A stretch of DNA of 64,000 nt from Haliotis rubra. Lineage: Eukaryota. The DNA is taken from positions 248,001 to 312,000 of the forward strand of contig NW_025767537.1 of the NCBI RefSeq assembly GCF_003918875.1, given 5' to 3'. Made by a program: the position numbers and the translations under genes. This document shows, in pieces, positions 1-13,165 of the stretch. The notes beneath the pieces are model-generated. The model did no database searches. It was not told the DNA's origin and saw only the letters and a list, made by a program, of their open reading frames with translations. Each line of letters begins with the position of its first letter. Positions within the stretch are counted from its first letter, which is position 1.

Positions 1-232
1 GCGCAATGAAAATTGTGATTTCATTTAGGATAATTAATTTTGTAGCTATGAAAATATGTTGATTGAATATTTTATATCAATTTGCAATGTTGACGATTCT
101 TTCATGCTCAAGAATAGTATACCAGCTGTGTAGGGTTACGATCAGTTTATTCTTTTCGATCGGTAACTGTTTACTTGTAAAACATGTTTGTTTTGTTTTG
201 TTTTCGTAACGATAATAGTCTGATGAAAACCA

Positions 233-661
233 ATGTATATATTTTGAATTAAATCTATTCTTAAATGTTAATTAAATAGATTGTTAATAGATGATAATTC
301 TTACACCCTGAATTGATAGGGCTGAGCTCCATACCACAAAACACGTGTGTTATGATCCTTCTCAGTGTGTTAGATGTATATATTTTGAATTAAATCTATT
401 CTCAAATGTTAACTTTTAAATAAATTGTTAATAGATGATAATTCTTACACACTGAATTGATAGGGCTGAGCTCCATACCACAAAACACGTGTGTTATGAT
501 CCTTCTCATTGTGGTAGATGTATACATTTTGAATGAAATCTATTCTTAAATGTTAACTTTTAAATAGAGTGTTAATAGATGATAATTCTTACACACTGAA
601 TTGATAGCGCTGTGCTCCATACCACAAAACACGTGTGTTATGATCCTTCTCATTGTGTTAG
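233..661. repeat. Tandem repeat, 3 copies of ~143 bp
   Basis: Unit ATGTATATATTTTGAATTAAATCTATTC...GATCCTTCTCATTGTGTTAG starts at 233, 374 and 518. Confidence 0.95.
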
Positions 662-675
662 CTTTATTACTTCAG

Positions 676-821
676 CGAATGGCATATTACCAGTTAGTGC
701 GGGTCATTCCATGGGCTGGTTTGAGACATTGTCCTGGCTTTTTTCAGCAACGTGTGAATCATTGACATCTGAAGGGAGCTCTGATGTGAACCAGAAAGAG
801 TCAGACTCATCAAACGGAAAG
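676..821 (+). CDS. Candidate internal exon of an unidentified gene (ANGILPVSAGHSMGWFETLSWLFSATCESLTSEGSSDVNQKESDSSNGK)
   Basis: Acceptor-like ctttattacttcag|, donor-like AAG|gtaaca, open frame and higher GC than flanks; no partner exons or homology recognised. Confidence 0.3.
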
Positions 822-1045
822 GTAACAAAACGTTCCTTTAAGCCTCACAATTGAAGACAAGATCATTTAGAGTTTAATCCTTATAGTCGACATCTCGTTA
901 TTCCGGACTGGACAGCATAACTTGTACTTCTGGTAAATCTTCTGGGGAAAGTTGGCCGACCATTGATAATCGGATCGATAGAGTAGGGAGGATGGGTTTG
1001 TAAAAAAACCCATTTGTACCAGTAACACCTGGTTCCTTTGAATTT

Positions 1046-1123
1046 ACACATATACGCGCACGTACGCGAACGTACGCGCGCGCGCACGCACACACACACA
1101 CACACACACACACGCGCACACGC
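1046..1123. repeat. Alternating purine-pyrimidine (CG/CA)n microsatellite
   Basis: tacgcgcacgtacgcgaacgtacgcgcgcgcgcacgcacacaca... Confidence 0.95.
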
Positions 1124-2690
1124 ACTTCTCCAGACATGCCTGGTGGCATTAACACATTTCACAGCTCCTACTGCCACAGCAAACAAAAGCGTGTTTTGGA
1201 GCACTGACAGAATAATACGCTGTCTCTAACAAATATACACATGCATAATATTCCATGACCTATAATCCTAAATTAAGGTTACACGGACGATTTCACAAAG
1301 GCCGGACGGGTCGGATTAAAGGGAGTTCGATATGAAGGTGTCCATTACACTATTGGACCTCGATGCAGTTTATATTAAGGTTCCTCCGTATCTATGTTTC
1401 AATTAACGTTGTTGGCAGATGCTCAAAAATTCCTTTCTGATGCAAGAATAAGCACTTTCCACTTTAGCCTCTGCCAATCAACCTTCCACAGACAGATTTG
1501 TATTTGGTCTATTTGTGGATATTTTAGAGAAAACTTCAGTTTCGAGTGTTCAAATATTTATATCACCCTTTTAAATAGATCGATAGACGCTAAAATGAAA
1601 ACCACGGATCACATGTACAGGCAGAAAAAGGATTTAAACAGGTGAATCACAACGGTTCATTGTGCCCCAGTGAACACACAGCGGTCTACAGGAGCATGTC
1701 AAACACTTGCGTAAGAAGAGAGCTGTCAAGGTGACCTTGGATGCGAACTCATATGAGTTGTTAGCTGCTAAAAAAACATCCAAAGTAATTGAAACGCACG
1801 TTTATTATTGTTTCACAAATTAGTGCAAAGTCAATCGCAAACCAAATTATGACAGTTTGGTATGTGATTGGCAAAGATACTCAATCTCAGAATGTGTGCA
1901 TACTTCTTTGAAGGTGCAAGATAAAAAACATCATTTATTGACAGATTGCTTTCAAAGCGATTTATTGGCTGTTGGGAGACAAATTCCTAAATGACATAAA
2001 CCGACGGACAAAAGAAACCATACCTCTGCGATGATATAATCATAGGTTTAATTTTCAAATCTTAACTTAAAAGATTATGTATGTAAAATGTATGTACTGG
2101 TGTTTAGTCAGCTCTAAAAGGATACTTGTGCATGTTTGGGATTTGTTTAAATAGAATTTGATTTAAAACACTTAGAAGTTCAAACTTTCATAATACAGAA
2201 CTGCTGACGGAATTCGTAGACATCTTATTTGTGAAAACCAATAAAAATAGTTTTTTTCAGCACAAATTTACAACATCTCAAATACGGTGGGTGTCATGTG
2301 GTTGCAGATATACTTTCTCATCCCAGTTTTCAATGAAGGAAATTATGTTTACACACAGTTACATCGCCTCAGATTACTTTTACAAACTGTTGCGGGAATG
2401 AGTGATAGTAAAACAGAGGTAATCAAATTTAACAATAACTCGTTCAACCTTCCATTGCATGAAAAAAACATTTCGGTTAACTTTCTTTTGCCCCTATTAA
2501 TTACTTTTGTTTCACTAACGTAAACTCTAGAACGACGTCGGGATTGATAAAACGGAGACCCCTTCATGGTTAAAAGTGTTTACATAAAACACATTGAAAC
2601 ATTCATTCGTTGTGTATTTTAAAGTTAATGACGATGTAACACATTCTTCTCGTAAACATGGTGGACATGATATACATGTGCATATACACA

Positions 2691-3020
2691 TGTCGTGCTT
2701 GAGAATATTTCGCTCATATGACGACGTGCATGCGTGTGTATGTGTATGTGCGGCTGCTTGTACTAGCCCAGACTCAAGCTGGTTTTATAGTGCTAGCCCA
2801 CTGAGATACCATGCCGCAGAGAAGCATGAATACCCCACTCAGACACATTATACTGACTCCGAGCCGACCAGTCCTTGTTGTACCCATTAATGCCGAGCGC
2901 CAGGCCGGGACCAACAAGTACCACATTTTAACGTCTTTTGGTATGACGCGGTCGGGGATCGAACCCGCGACCTTCCGCTCTGCGGGCGGAAGCTCTAACC
3001 ACTACACCACGGAGGCAGTC
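2691..3020 (-). mobile_element. tRNA-derived SINE (family also at 52018-52331)
   Basis: Minus-strand head with A box TGGTGTAGTGG and B box GGTTCGATCCC; 11-bp TSD gcatatacaca at 2680-2690 and 3021-3031; body matches the 52 kb copy. Confidence 0.9.
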
Positions 3021-3559
3021 GCATATACACAGTGACATCATGGTAGATTAAGCTTGATGTTGCTGAATAGATTAACGATAATTGCAGTCTGTGGCCGAAT
3101 ACCAACTGTGACAAATAACTGTGTACTTACATATCCCTCATATTTTACTTTTAGTATTAATATTCTCAAATAGAATTATACGTCATAAGAACATATCACG
3201 TTAACTATTCTGTATTGGGGAAAGGGCACAAATAACAGCGTCTGGTACAGTCTGACAGAGGCCATTTCATGTTAATCGTGCAGGTATTTAACCCAACGTG
3301 CCTTAATTGAATAAAACAACTATTACACATCACACAGTTCTGCATGGTTGACCGTATCCATAATGCATGTGTTATTTTATGATAATTATCGACACAGCTG
3401 TTCAGCCAGAGTTGCGGGACACGATGCAAACACGGGCGATCGGAATTCACATAATGAAATATACTGTCGCTCTGTTATAGTATTTATGGGGCGCTTCTAA
3501 TACAGACTGCACTTGACGTGTCTCGACCAATACATGCATGTCCATGTTGAGACCAAATA

Positions 3560-4640
3560 CCGTTCACTATGCACGTAGATATACAGTTACAAACGTCCTA
3601 CTCAAGGCATGCATGTACGTAAGTAGTCTAATATGGTCCCGTTCAATGAATGCATGTACGTGTACAGACTGAAATCGTCCCTTTCAATGAATGGGTGACT
3701 GTACGGGCCTTATCATCTCGTTCGAAGTGTGGATTTAGAAATTTAGGTCACATAATCCCGTTCAAGGTATGCATTTATATATGTAGTCCACATCATCACG
3801 TTCAAGGTATGCATGTACAAATGTAGTCAACATCATCACGTTCAAGGTATGCATTTATATATGTATCCAACATCATCACGTTCAAGGTATGCATTTATAT
3901 ATGTAGCCAACATCATCACGTTCAAGGTATGCATTTATATATGTAGTCCACATCATCACGTTCAAGGTATGCATTTATATATGTAGCCAACATCATCAAT
4001 GCATGTAGTAGCCCACATCATCACGTTCAAGGTATGCATTTATATATGTAGTCCACATCATCACGTTCAAGGTATGCATTTATATATGTAGCCAAACATC
4101 ATCACGTTGCATTTATATATGTAGCCAACATCATATGCATTTATATATGTAGTCCACATCATCAGCAAGGTATGCATGTAGCCAACATCATCACGTTCAC
4201 GTTCAAGGCCAACATCATCACGTTCAAGGTATGCATTTATATATGTAGCCAACATCATCACGTTCAAGGTATGCATTTATATATGTAGTCCACATCATCA
4301 CGTTCAAGGTATGCATTTATATATGTAGTCAACATCATCACGTTCAAGGTAGCTAGTAACATATAAAGGTAGCTAGTAACATATAAAGGCCGCATCATCC
4401 TGTTCAAGGTATCCGTTTGCATATCAGCCAATTCATCTCGTTCAAGGTATACATTTACATAAATAGTGCACAGACCGAAATCTACACGTTCAACGAAGGC
4501 AAGACTGCACATGTAAAGGCCAATGGTATTTGTGTGTGTATTCACGCCACAAACTACATGTTCCTTGTATGCATCTGCATATATGTCATAAACTACACGT
4601 TCAATGTATGCATGAACATTTAAAGGCCATTAAATACATG
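3560..4640. repeat. 40-bp minisatellite, homogeneous core ~3761-4350 with degenerate flanks
   Basis: Unit TTCAAGGTATGCATTTATATATGTAGYCMACATCATCACG. Confidence 0.95.
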
Positions 4641-4878
4641 TTCAAATACTGCCTGGAATGGAACGAGTGATTTAGCTAAGTAATACTCTGTGAATCGAAC
4701 TACTAGGCTCTACTAAATCAGCTGAAGAGACGTATGACCATTGAGAAATATAAATTGACATCTCCGTATTACATTAAAAAGCGCTCACTACTTCAACATT
4801 ACGTTAAAAGTAATCTTTCGAACACTTTCAAATCTTTACATAACGTTACTTAACATATTTAAACATGTATAATTATGT

Positions 4879-4920
4879 ATGTGTGTGTGTGTGTGTGTGT
4901 AAGTGCGTGTGTGTGTGTGT
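4879..4920. repeat. (GT)n microsatellite
   Basis: Seen directly. Confidence 0.95.
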
Positions 4921-6720
4921 ATACACAGATTAAAGAATAATAGATATGTAAGTTTATAATAAATTCATTCTAATCGATGTGCAATTTTCAATTTCAGCTG
5001 AGTCTTAAAATGAATTCTGGGAAATCATTTAGCATTAAAATAAATGATTTCTCTGAGCCCTACAAATCAACATTGTGGATGGGTCGTAAAATAATACTCA
5101 CTAATGAGTCTCTAATACGACACCAGACTAAGTGTTCTGGGTCCGTGTTAGTTAACACATCAACACCGTACACATGAAATCAAATTGAGCCATCATCACT
5201 GCACGTAAGACTTTGTCGTCCTTATAAACAGAAAATGGGGTAATCATGGTCAATAATTTGGTCTGATCGTGCAGTCTGGTGAAAATGACATCAATTTTCC
5301 ATTCGGTTATCTCCGACCTGGATTCGGTTAAGATCGTTGAAAGCATCACCCATTAACACTCGGTTCATTTGCAAGAGGAGGTCCAATACCCCGGATTCTG
5401 CCGACAATTATTCAAAATATAAGGATTCAATCTCTGGATCGGCGGTCCTCGCAATACGGAAGCGCAAAAAGTCAATAGTAATGTCTAGACCAGCGCCATA
5501 GAAATCCAGAAGTCATAAAATTTGACCTCGGCATTTTAGCAAACTACACACACAGACCCTCATTCGCGAGTGTCACGTGATACATCACCTGCCTTTCCCT
5601 GCCTGAACAGAAGCTATATGTACTTTACCCTGGCATCGTTCTTTGACCATTTGTGGATTATTCTACAACTGGCTCGTTGATATATTTTAAGCACGCGGAC
5701 ATGCCATGTACCAAAGGGAGAGATCGTGACGGACCCAAGACCGTGATGCGTCCCATTGTCTTCTCATTCTACCATCAGCCTTCGGGACGTTGGGATTCTT
5801 TCATCGTGGGCGTATTTTCCCTTTACCCTTGAAACGACCTCAGTGCTTTTGACAAATTATCTACACGTTGATCTGAACGGAAACAGACTCCCAATGCATT
5901 TATACAACTGAACGTGAAGATAATTTTCACAACGTCATCCACAGCATTCGGTCTCAGCCATATATAGTGCAGTAACTGGATTGTGATCTCAATTGTGGCT
6001 TCTAAAAAACCACATATGTTTTCTGTTTGAAAGTCGGACCAGATTAGTGGCGCTGGCGCTTCCATGAATTGTACACTCACTTAAAGGTGCAATGTCATTT
6101 TTGAAAGATTTTTACCGTGTTGCTCTTGACGTGGAAATGCGATGTGATTACACTGCTCTGCGAAGGTAAACCACTCCCGTGGATCATACTGACGTATCTG
6201 ACACACTGTGTGCGCCCTTGGAAGGAAGCGGAATATTGCTGCGCGAATCTTGAGGAAAACGGTTACGTCAGGATCGGTGGCGTGCGTCAATGGATCTGGC
6301 AGGAGATGGCCCACTGGAAATAACTCACACTTTGGACGTAATAACTCTACCTCGCGGTGTCTGTCAAAGACCATTTACACATAGGAATATATATAATGAA
6401 TTATAAGTTCGGCCAGAGGTACATCCAATCTTATTGTCAGCCCTAATTAATTTTTTGGTTGGGATGTGTAATTGATAATGAAATGAACTCTTCCTAAATC
6501 TTATTATGTGTATTTACCCATCACTCATTCGGGCAACAGTTTGCAAAAGATAATCGTAGGCTGAGTAAATTTTGGTAACACAGTTGTTGTTTTTATTTCA
6601 TAACCTGTCTTTAAGGCATATATACCAAACGAGAAAGCTATTTTCATTGTCATTAAATATCTGGTAAATGAAGAGTCTACGAGTATTGTATGATTCTGGC
6701 TATACCATAGGCATACGTTC

Positions 6721-9540
6721 AGGATTCACTGTCAAATAGTGGTGTATATGGATCACTGTCAAATAGTGGTGTTTGGGGATCACTGTCAAATAGTGGTGTT
6801 TAGGGATCACTGTCAAATAGTGGTGTTTAGGGATCACTGTCAAAAAGTGGTGTTTAGGGATCACTGTCAAATAGTGGTGTTTAGGGATCATTGTCAAAAA
6901 GTGGTGATTAGGGATCACTGTCAAATAGTGGCGTATAGGGATCACTGTCAAATAGTGGTGTTTAGGGATCACTGTCAAATAGTGGTGTTTAGGGATCACT
7001 GTCAAATAGTGGTGTTTAGGGATCACTGTCAAATAGTGGTGTTTTGGGATCACTGTCAAATAGTGGTGTTTAGGGATCACAGTCCAATATTGGTGCTTAG
7101 GAATCATTGTTAAGTAGTGGCGTATAGGGATCACTGTGAAATAGTGGTGTTTAGGGATCACTGTCAAATAGTGGTGTTTAGGGATCACTGTCAAATAGTG
7201 GTGTTTAGGGATCACTGTCAAATAGTGGTGTTTAGGGATCACTGTCAAATAGTGGTGTTTAGGGATCACTGTCAAATAGTGGTGTTTAGGGATCACTGTC
7301 AAATAGTGGTGTTTAGGGATCACTGTCAAATAGTGGTGTTTTGGGATCACTGTCAAATAGTGGTGTTTTGGGATCACAGTCCAATATTGGTGCTTAGGAA
7401 TCATTGTTAAGTAGTGGCGTATAGGGATCATTGTCAAATAGTGGTGTTTAGGGATCATTGTCAAATAGTGGTGTTTAGGGATCATTGTCAAATAGTGGTG
7501 TTTAGGGATCACTCTCAAATAGTGGTGTTTAGGGATGACTGTAAAATAGTGGTGTTTAGGGATCACTGTCAAATAGTGGTGTTTTGGGATCATTATCAAA
7601 TAGTGGTGATTAGGGATGACTGTCAAATAGTGGTGTTTAGGGATCATTGTCAAATATTTGCGTTTTCGGATCACTGTCAAATAGTGGTGTTTAGGGATCA
7701 CTGTCAAATAGTGGTGTTTAGGGATCATTGTCAAATAGTGGTGTTTAGGGATCACTGTCAAATAGTGGTGTTTAGGGATCACTGTCAAATAGTGGTGTTT
7801 AGGGATCACTGTCAAATAGTGGTGTTTAGGGATCATTGTCAAATAGTGGTGTTTAGGGATCACTGTCAAATAGTGGTGTTTAGGGATCACTGTCAAATAG
7901 TGGTGTTTAGGGATCATTGTCAAATAGTGGTGTTTAGGGATCACTGTCAAATAGTGTTGCCTCGGGATCACTGTCAAATAGTGGTGTTTAGGGATCATTG
8001 TCTAATAGTGGTGTTTATGGATCATTGTCAAATAGTAGTGTTTAGGGACCACTGTCAAATAGTGTTGCCTCGGGATCACTGTCAAATAGTGGTGTTTAGG
8101 GATCATTGTCTAATAGTGGTGTTTATGGATCATTGTCAAATAGTGGTGTTTAGGGATCACTGTCAAATAGTGTTGCTTCGGGATCACTGTCAAATAGTGG
8201 TGTTTAGGGATCATTGTCTAATAGTGGTGTTTATGGATCATTGTCAAATAGTAGTGTTTAGGGACCACTGTCAAATAGTGGTGTTTAGGGATGACTGTCA
8301 AATAGTGGTGTTTAGGGATCATTATCAAATAGTGGTGATTTGGGATCACTGTCAAATAGTGGTGTTTAGGGATCACTGTCAAATAGTAGTGTTTAGGGAT
8401 CACTGTCAAATAGTGTTGCCTCGGGATCACTGTCAAATAGTGGTGTTTAGGGATCATTGTCTAATAGTGGTGTTTATGGATCATTGTCAAATAGTAGTGT
8501 TTAGGGACCACTGTCAAATAGTGTTGCCTCGGGATCACTGTCAAATAGTGGTGTTTAGGGATCATTGTCTAATAGTGGTGTTTATGGATCATTGTCAAAT
8601 AGTGGTGTTTAGGGATCACTGTCAAATAGTGTTGCCTCGGGATCACTGTCAAATAGTGGTGTTTAGGGATCATTGTCTAATAGTGGTGTTTATGGATCAT
8701 TGTCAAATAGTAGTGTTTAGGGACCACTGTCAAATAGTGGTGTTTAGGGATGACTGTCAAATAGTGGTGTTTAGGGATCATTATCAAATAGTGGTGATTT
8801 GGGATCACTGTCAAATAGTGGTGTTTTGGGATCACTGTCAAATAGTGGTGTTTAGGGATCATTGTCAAATAGTGGTGTTTAGGAATCACTGTCAAATAGT
8901 GTTGTTTAGGAATAATTGTCAAATAGTGGTGTTTAGGAATCACTGTCAAATAGTGGTGTTTAGGATTCACTGTCAAATAGTGGTGTTTAGGAGTCACTGT
9001 CAAATAGTGGCGTTTTGGGATCACTGTCAAATAGTGGTGTTTAGGAATCATTGTCAAATAGTGGTGTTTAGGAATCACTGTCAAATTGTGGTGTTTAGGA
9101 TTCACTTTCAAATAGTGGTGTATAGGAATCACTGTTAATAGTGGTGTTTTGGGAGTCATTGTCCAATAGTGGTGTTTCAGTGTCACTGTCAAATAGTAGT
9201 GTTTTGGGATCATTGTCAAATAGTGGTGTTTAGGATTCACTGTCAAATAGTGGTGTTTAGGGATCATTGTCAAATAGAGGTATTTTGGGATCACTGTCAA
9301 ATAGTGGTGTTTAGGAATAATTGTCAAATAGTTGTGTTTTCGGATCACAGTCAAATAGTGGTGTTTAGGAATCATTGTCAAATAGTGGTGTTTAGGAATC
9401 ACTGTGAAATAGTGGTGTTTTGGGGATCGCTGTCAAATGGTGTTTTGGGATCATTGTCAAATAATGGTGTTTAGGATTCACTGTCAAATAGTGGTGTTTA
9501 GAATTCTCTGTCAAATAGTGGTGTTTCGGGGTCGCTCTCA
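6721..9540. repeat. 27-bp minisatellite, ~104 copies
   Basis: Unit GGGATCACTGTCAAATAGTGGTGTTTA; explains the RDHCQIVVF / IPKHHYLTV repeat ORFs on both strands. Confidence 0.99.
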
Positions 9541-10053
9541 AATTATGATATTACTATTTGAGACATGATGTACATACATGTATGTATATCTTGAACCACT
9601 GACGAGAGTACGTTATGATGTACATATATGGTAGACTTGTGATACACACATGCTTTTGTACAATGCGTCAGTGTGTTTCTATACAGAGTAGATTGTTGTT
9701 TATTGATTTTTAATTATTCATTACTTTTATGGAGGGTGATACTGAGTAACCATTTTAACGTGTGGAGGCCACTTGATCTATTCAGTGTCGTTTTAGTATT
9801 TTCACTCAGATTTAATTACATACGCATGTAGAAGGGATTAGTTCCGTTGTCCAGTGGTTAGAGCGTCCATCCGGAATGTAGTCCTCGGCAGCTGCAGCCT
9901 GCCTATAAACCATCTTTGATGGTACTTTTTCTTACCTTTGTCAAGTAATGAAAGAGGATTAACATACACTGGTCACATCGGAGTCATTATACTATTTCAG
10001 AGTGGTGTGTCTATGTTCAACAGCGTAGAACCACTTGCAGTAACACTATGGAA

Positions 10054-10298
10054 CCGGGTTTTGTTCTGGAAGTGAAACCAACCTCACCTCACCGGTTTTG
10101 TTCTGGAAGTGAAACCAACCTCACCTCACGTCACCGGTTTTGTGCTGGAAGTGAAACCAACCTCATCTCGCCTCACCGGTTTTGTTCTGGAAGTGAAACC
10201 AACCTCACCTCAACTCACAGGTTTTGCTCTGGAAGTGAAACCGCTCTCATCTCACCTCACCGGTTTTGTTCTGGAAGTGAAACCGACCTCACCTCACC
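10054..10298. repeat. 42-bp minisatellite, 6 copies
   Basis: Unit CCGGTTTTGTTCTGGAAGTGAAACCAACCTCACCTCACCTCA. Confidence 0.95.
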
Positions 10299-10721
10299 TG
10301 CATTTATTATTGCTTAATATTACACAACATGCGTATGCCCACAATCAGGAACCCCTTGACAAGCATATTGTATCTATGAAAGATCTTCTCTCTAGAAGAC
10401 AAATATCGTATTCAACCATATGATTGTAATTTTGAAGACATCTCCCAAGAGCATTATCCACGTGGATGTAAGAGGTCAGCGTAACAGAATGATCAGTGTT
10501 GTCTATCCTCGGATACAGAAATTCGTTTGGAGTAAAGGGCAAAATAAATGTGAAACATATATGAAATGACCAGTAAAAGTCGCCGGTGACACCAGGTGTT
10601 CGCGAATAGGCCAACTAATCATTCTGGATACACAATATCAGTCCTCAAAAGTCGACGATTTCTTTTCTATATTACATATGTGTTAATTTTTTCATAACAA
10701 CAACTTATCGCACTGATCCGA

Positions 10722-10891
10722 CTGACTGACTGACTGAATTTGGTTTTACGCCGCTTTTAGCAATATTCCAGCAACATCACGGCGGGGGACACCAGAAATG
10801 GGCTTCACACATTGTGCCCATGTGGGGATTCGAACCCGGGTCTTCAGCGTGACGAGCCAACGCTTTGACCACTAGGCTACCCCACCGCCCC
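10722..10891 (-). mobile_element. Full-length short tRNA-derived SINE with tetranucleotide tail
   Basis: Head GGGGCGGTGGGGTAGCCTAGTGG...GGTTCGAATCCC; tail GCTGGAATATTGCTAAAAGCGGCGTAAAAC(AGTC)n; TSD gcactgatccga on both sides. Confidence 0.93.
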
Positions 10892-11552
10892 GCACTGATC
10901 CGAACATAACATAAAACGATCTGTTTCATCAATTAATATTCATTCTTTACATTTTCTCAAACATTTACATTTCTGATTGATTGACAAAAATCAATATCGT
11001 CGATGTCAGTATATCAATCCAATTGAGTAAAATATGTCATCCATGGCACACACGCTGTTGATGATAATGTCCCGATTGAAAAACTCCTTAAGCAACTACA
11101 TTTACGCCATTAAGCATTGACCCAGTGTTGGTGTCAATGAGCTCTTATGTTGATTTTATCACTTAGTAAACACTCCAACCAGTGGGTCCGTGAATCGATT
11201 AGGCAAACACATTTATCGAGTTGTAATGCCTTTTCCCGAGACCTCAAGCAATACGGTGAGATGGATTTGATAGCTTTGGCAATATAGTCCCGATTCAACA
11301 AGCAGTAGTAACACGGTCATCTGAACATTGCAACATGGGTAAGTATTCATAAGTGAGGTCACTGAAGAAACAAGAGAAAAGTACGTTGAACAAATTGACC
11401 GGTTAAATGAGACCCGTGTTACTTCGACCCCGATTTAAATAATCCAGCTGTGGTGATTAAAATGGTTCCATATTTTTTTGCAGATGCTTCTTTTGTCAAT
11501 ATTTGGTTGCCCTTTATTCTTTAATATTTTCAACAACTTGTTAGATGAAGTT

Positions 11553-12080
11553 GGGTTTGGTTTGGTAGTTATTCACCTCTGCACTCAGCAATATTCCAGC
11601 TGTATGACGGCGATCTGTAAGAAATCGAACCTGGACCAGACAATCCAGTGATCAAGGGTATGACCATCGATCTACACAACAGGGATGCGATGACATGTCT
11701 CAGCCAAGTCAGCGAGCCTGACCACCCGACCACCCGACCCTGCCACCGGACGAATTTCATATTATCTTATCATGCAGAGCTCTAGATGATTAAGAAAAAA
11801 TATACTCCCTAGTTATTTTTGTAAATTTATTTCCCTTATGAAATCTGACTATCATCCTTTGGTACAGAAACTGTCAAGTTTAACGAAAATTGTATTATCC
11901 CTGCTTTAGTTATACATTTATATTATATTCATATGCATATAAGCCATAATGGCACTTTGTATGTATCAAAATATGTGTATGTTCTCTTTATCCTTTTGTA
12001 TGATTTATGAGAATAAAAATCCTGAATCCTGAATCCTGCACGGGTTGCTGAAGACAATTGTAACCCGGATCTTCACGAGT
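11553..12080 (-). mobile_element. V-SINE-like element interrupted by a LINE 3' fragment
   Basis: 11553-11740 and 12039-12080 are reverse complements of parts of the element at 25894-26138. Confidence 0.8.
11746..12038 (+). mobile_element. LINE 3' end nested in the SINE
   Basis: Translates DEFHIILSCRALDD/LRKNILPSYF, the C-terminal zinc-finger-like motif of RTE-X/CR1-type ORF2; then AATAAA and an (AATCCTG)n tail. Confidence 0.7.
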
Positions 12081-13052
12081 TGATGTGTTTGGGTATGCAA
12101 TGTTGAAATGAAGCGCTTAATGGCCTACGTAGTCCTAAAAAATTCAATTGTATCACTTCCTTATTGCCTCTATGTCGTCAATTGCATGCGTGGCGACTAT
12201 TATCATTTTTTATCAGTAGTTGAACGATTTTCTTTCCTTACTACTTTAATTAATTGTTCAGATCATTCAATTTCACTCGGTCTTGCAATACTGCAGTAAG
12301 TAAAACCATTGAAGCATAGATTAATGTAAGTAATGAAGCTTAATGCTTCTGGCCAACTCATCAACAAAAATAACATAGCTGAATAATTAGGCACTTTGTC
12401 TTTTTCTTACCATTTCTAAGGGGTGCGTGGACATTCTTTGGTGATTGAAGAGATACTTCGAAATTCATCCAGGCTAACTGATAGTTCCTGGACGTTGGAA
12501 TTAAATTGCTCATTTTGTTTATCTGCTATTAAAATTTAGTGTGTTTAACAATAGAGAAGTTGGCGTAAATAAAAGGGTCGGTATATAATTAATGTTTTAG
12601 CACGTCCAGAAGAAGTCCCTTTTCTGACGCCCACTTGTGTACGGAGTATTGTTTACATGATGCATTGCACAAAACAGATGCATCACTAGTTTCAAAGTAC
12701 TTAAGTAAATCACATCATATGATTGAAACCGGCAAATGGCAGAACGTACTGAGAGAAGAAGATTATTAAAACTATTTAACTATAATTTAGTTGGTGACGA
12801 ATTCCATTATCTTTTTAAATGTACATAACTTAATTCTTTCAGAAAATCATTCATCCTACAAAAATATCACAATTGGGCCAATTTATCAAATCTAAACAAG
12901 GTCATGTCGCCTGTCAATTTTAAACTTAGCAAATGCTTATCACTATTTTTCTCTCACTTGTATAAATGTTACGCATCATCATAACTTATCATCTTGACAC
13001 ATGTTTATGTTTTTGTACATTTGTAAATATTGTATATTCATTGCTCTTGTAC

Positions 13053-13091
13053 TATTGTCGATGTGACGTTAAATTTTAACTCACTCACTCA
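13053..13091 (+). mobile_element. Extremely 5'-truncated retroposon tail with (CACT)n
   Basis: tattgtcgatgtgacgttaaa...ctcactcactca flanked by 9-bp TSD ctcttgtac. Confidence 0.8.
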
Positions 13092-13165
13092 CTCTTGTAC
13101 CACCGATAGTGGTTTTATGAAGAATGAAGAAGTTGAAACATTTGATAAAGTGATACAAAACTCAT

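Noticed and set aside
881-1229. ORFs with CVCV/HTHT runs
   Set aside because: Translations of the microsatellite
6700-9474. 574-aa, 432-aa and 241-aa His/Cys-rich ORFs as real proteins
   Set aside because: They are pure 9-aa repeats from a 27-bp unit that lacks stops on both strands, with no unique flanking domain and scattered stops
6721-9540. CRISPR array
   Set aside because: Contiguous repeats with no unique spacers, no cas genes, eukaryotic context
10820-10891. tRNA genes at SINE heads (also ~2950-3020 and 22013-22085)
   Set aside because: They continue into SINE bodies with tails and TSDs
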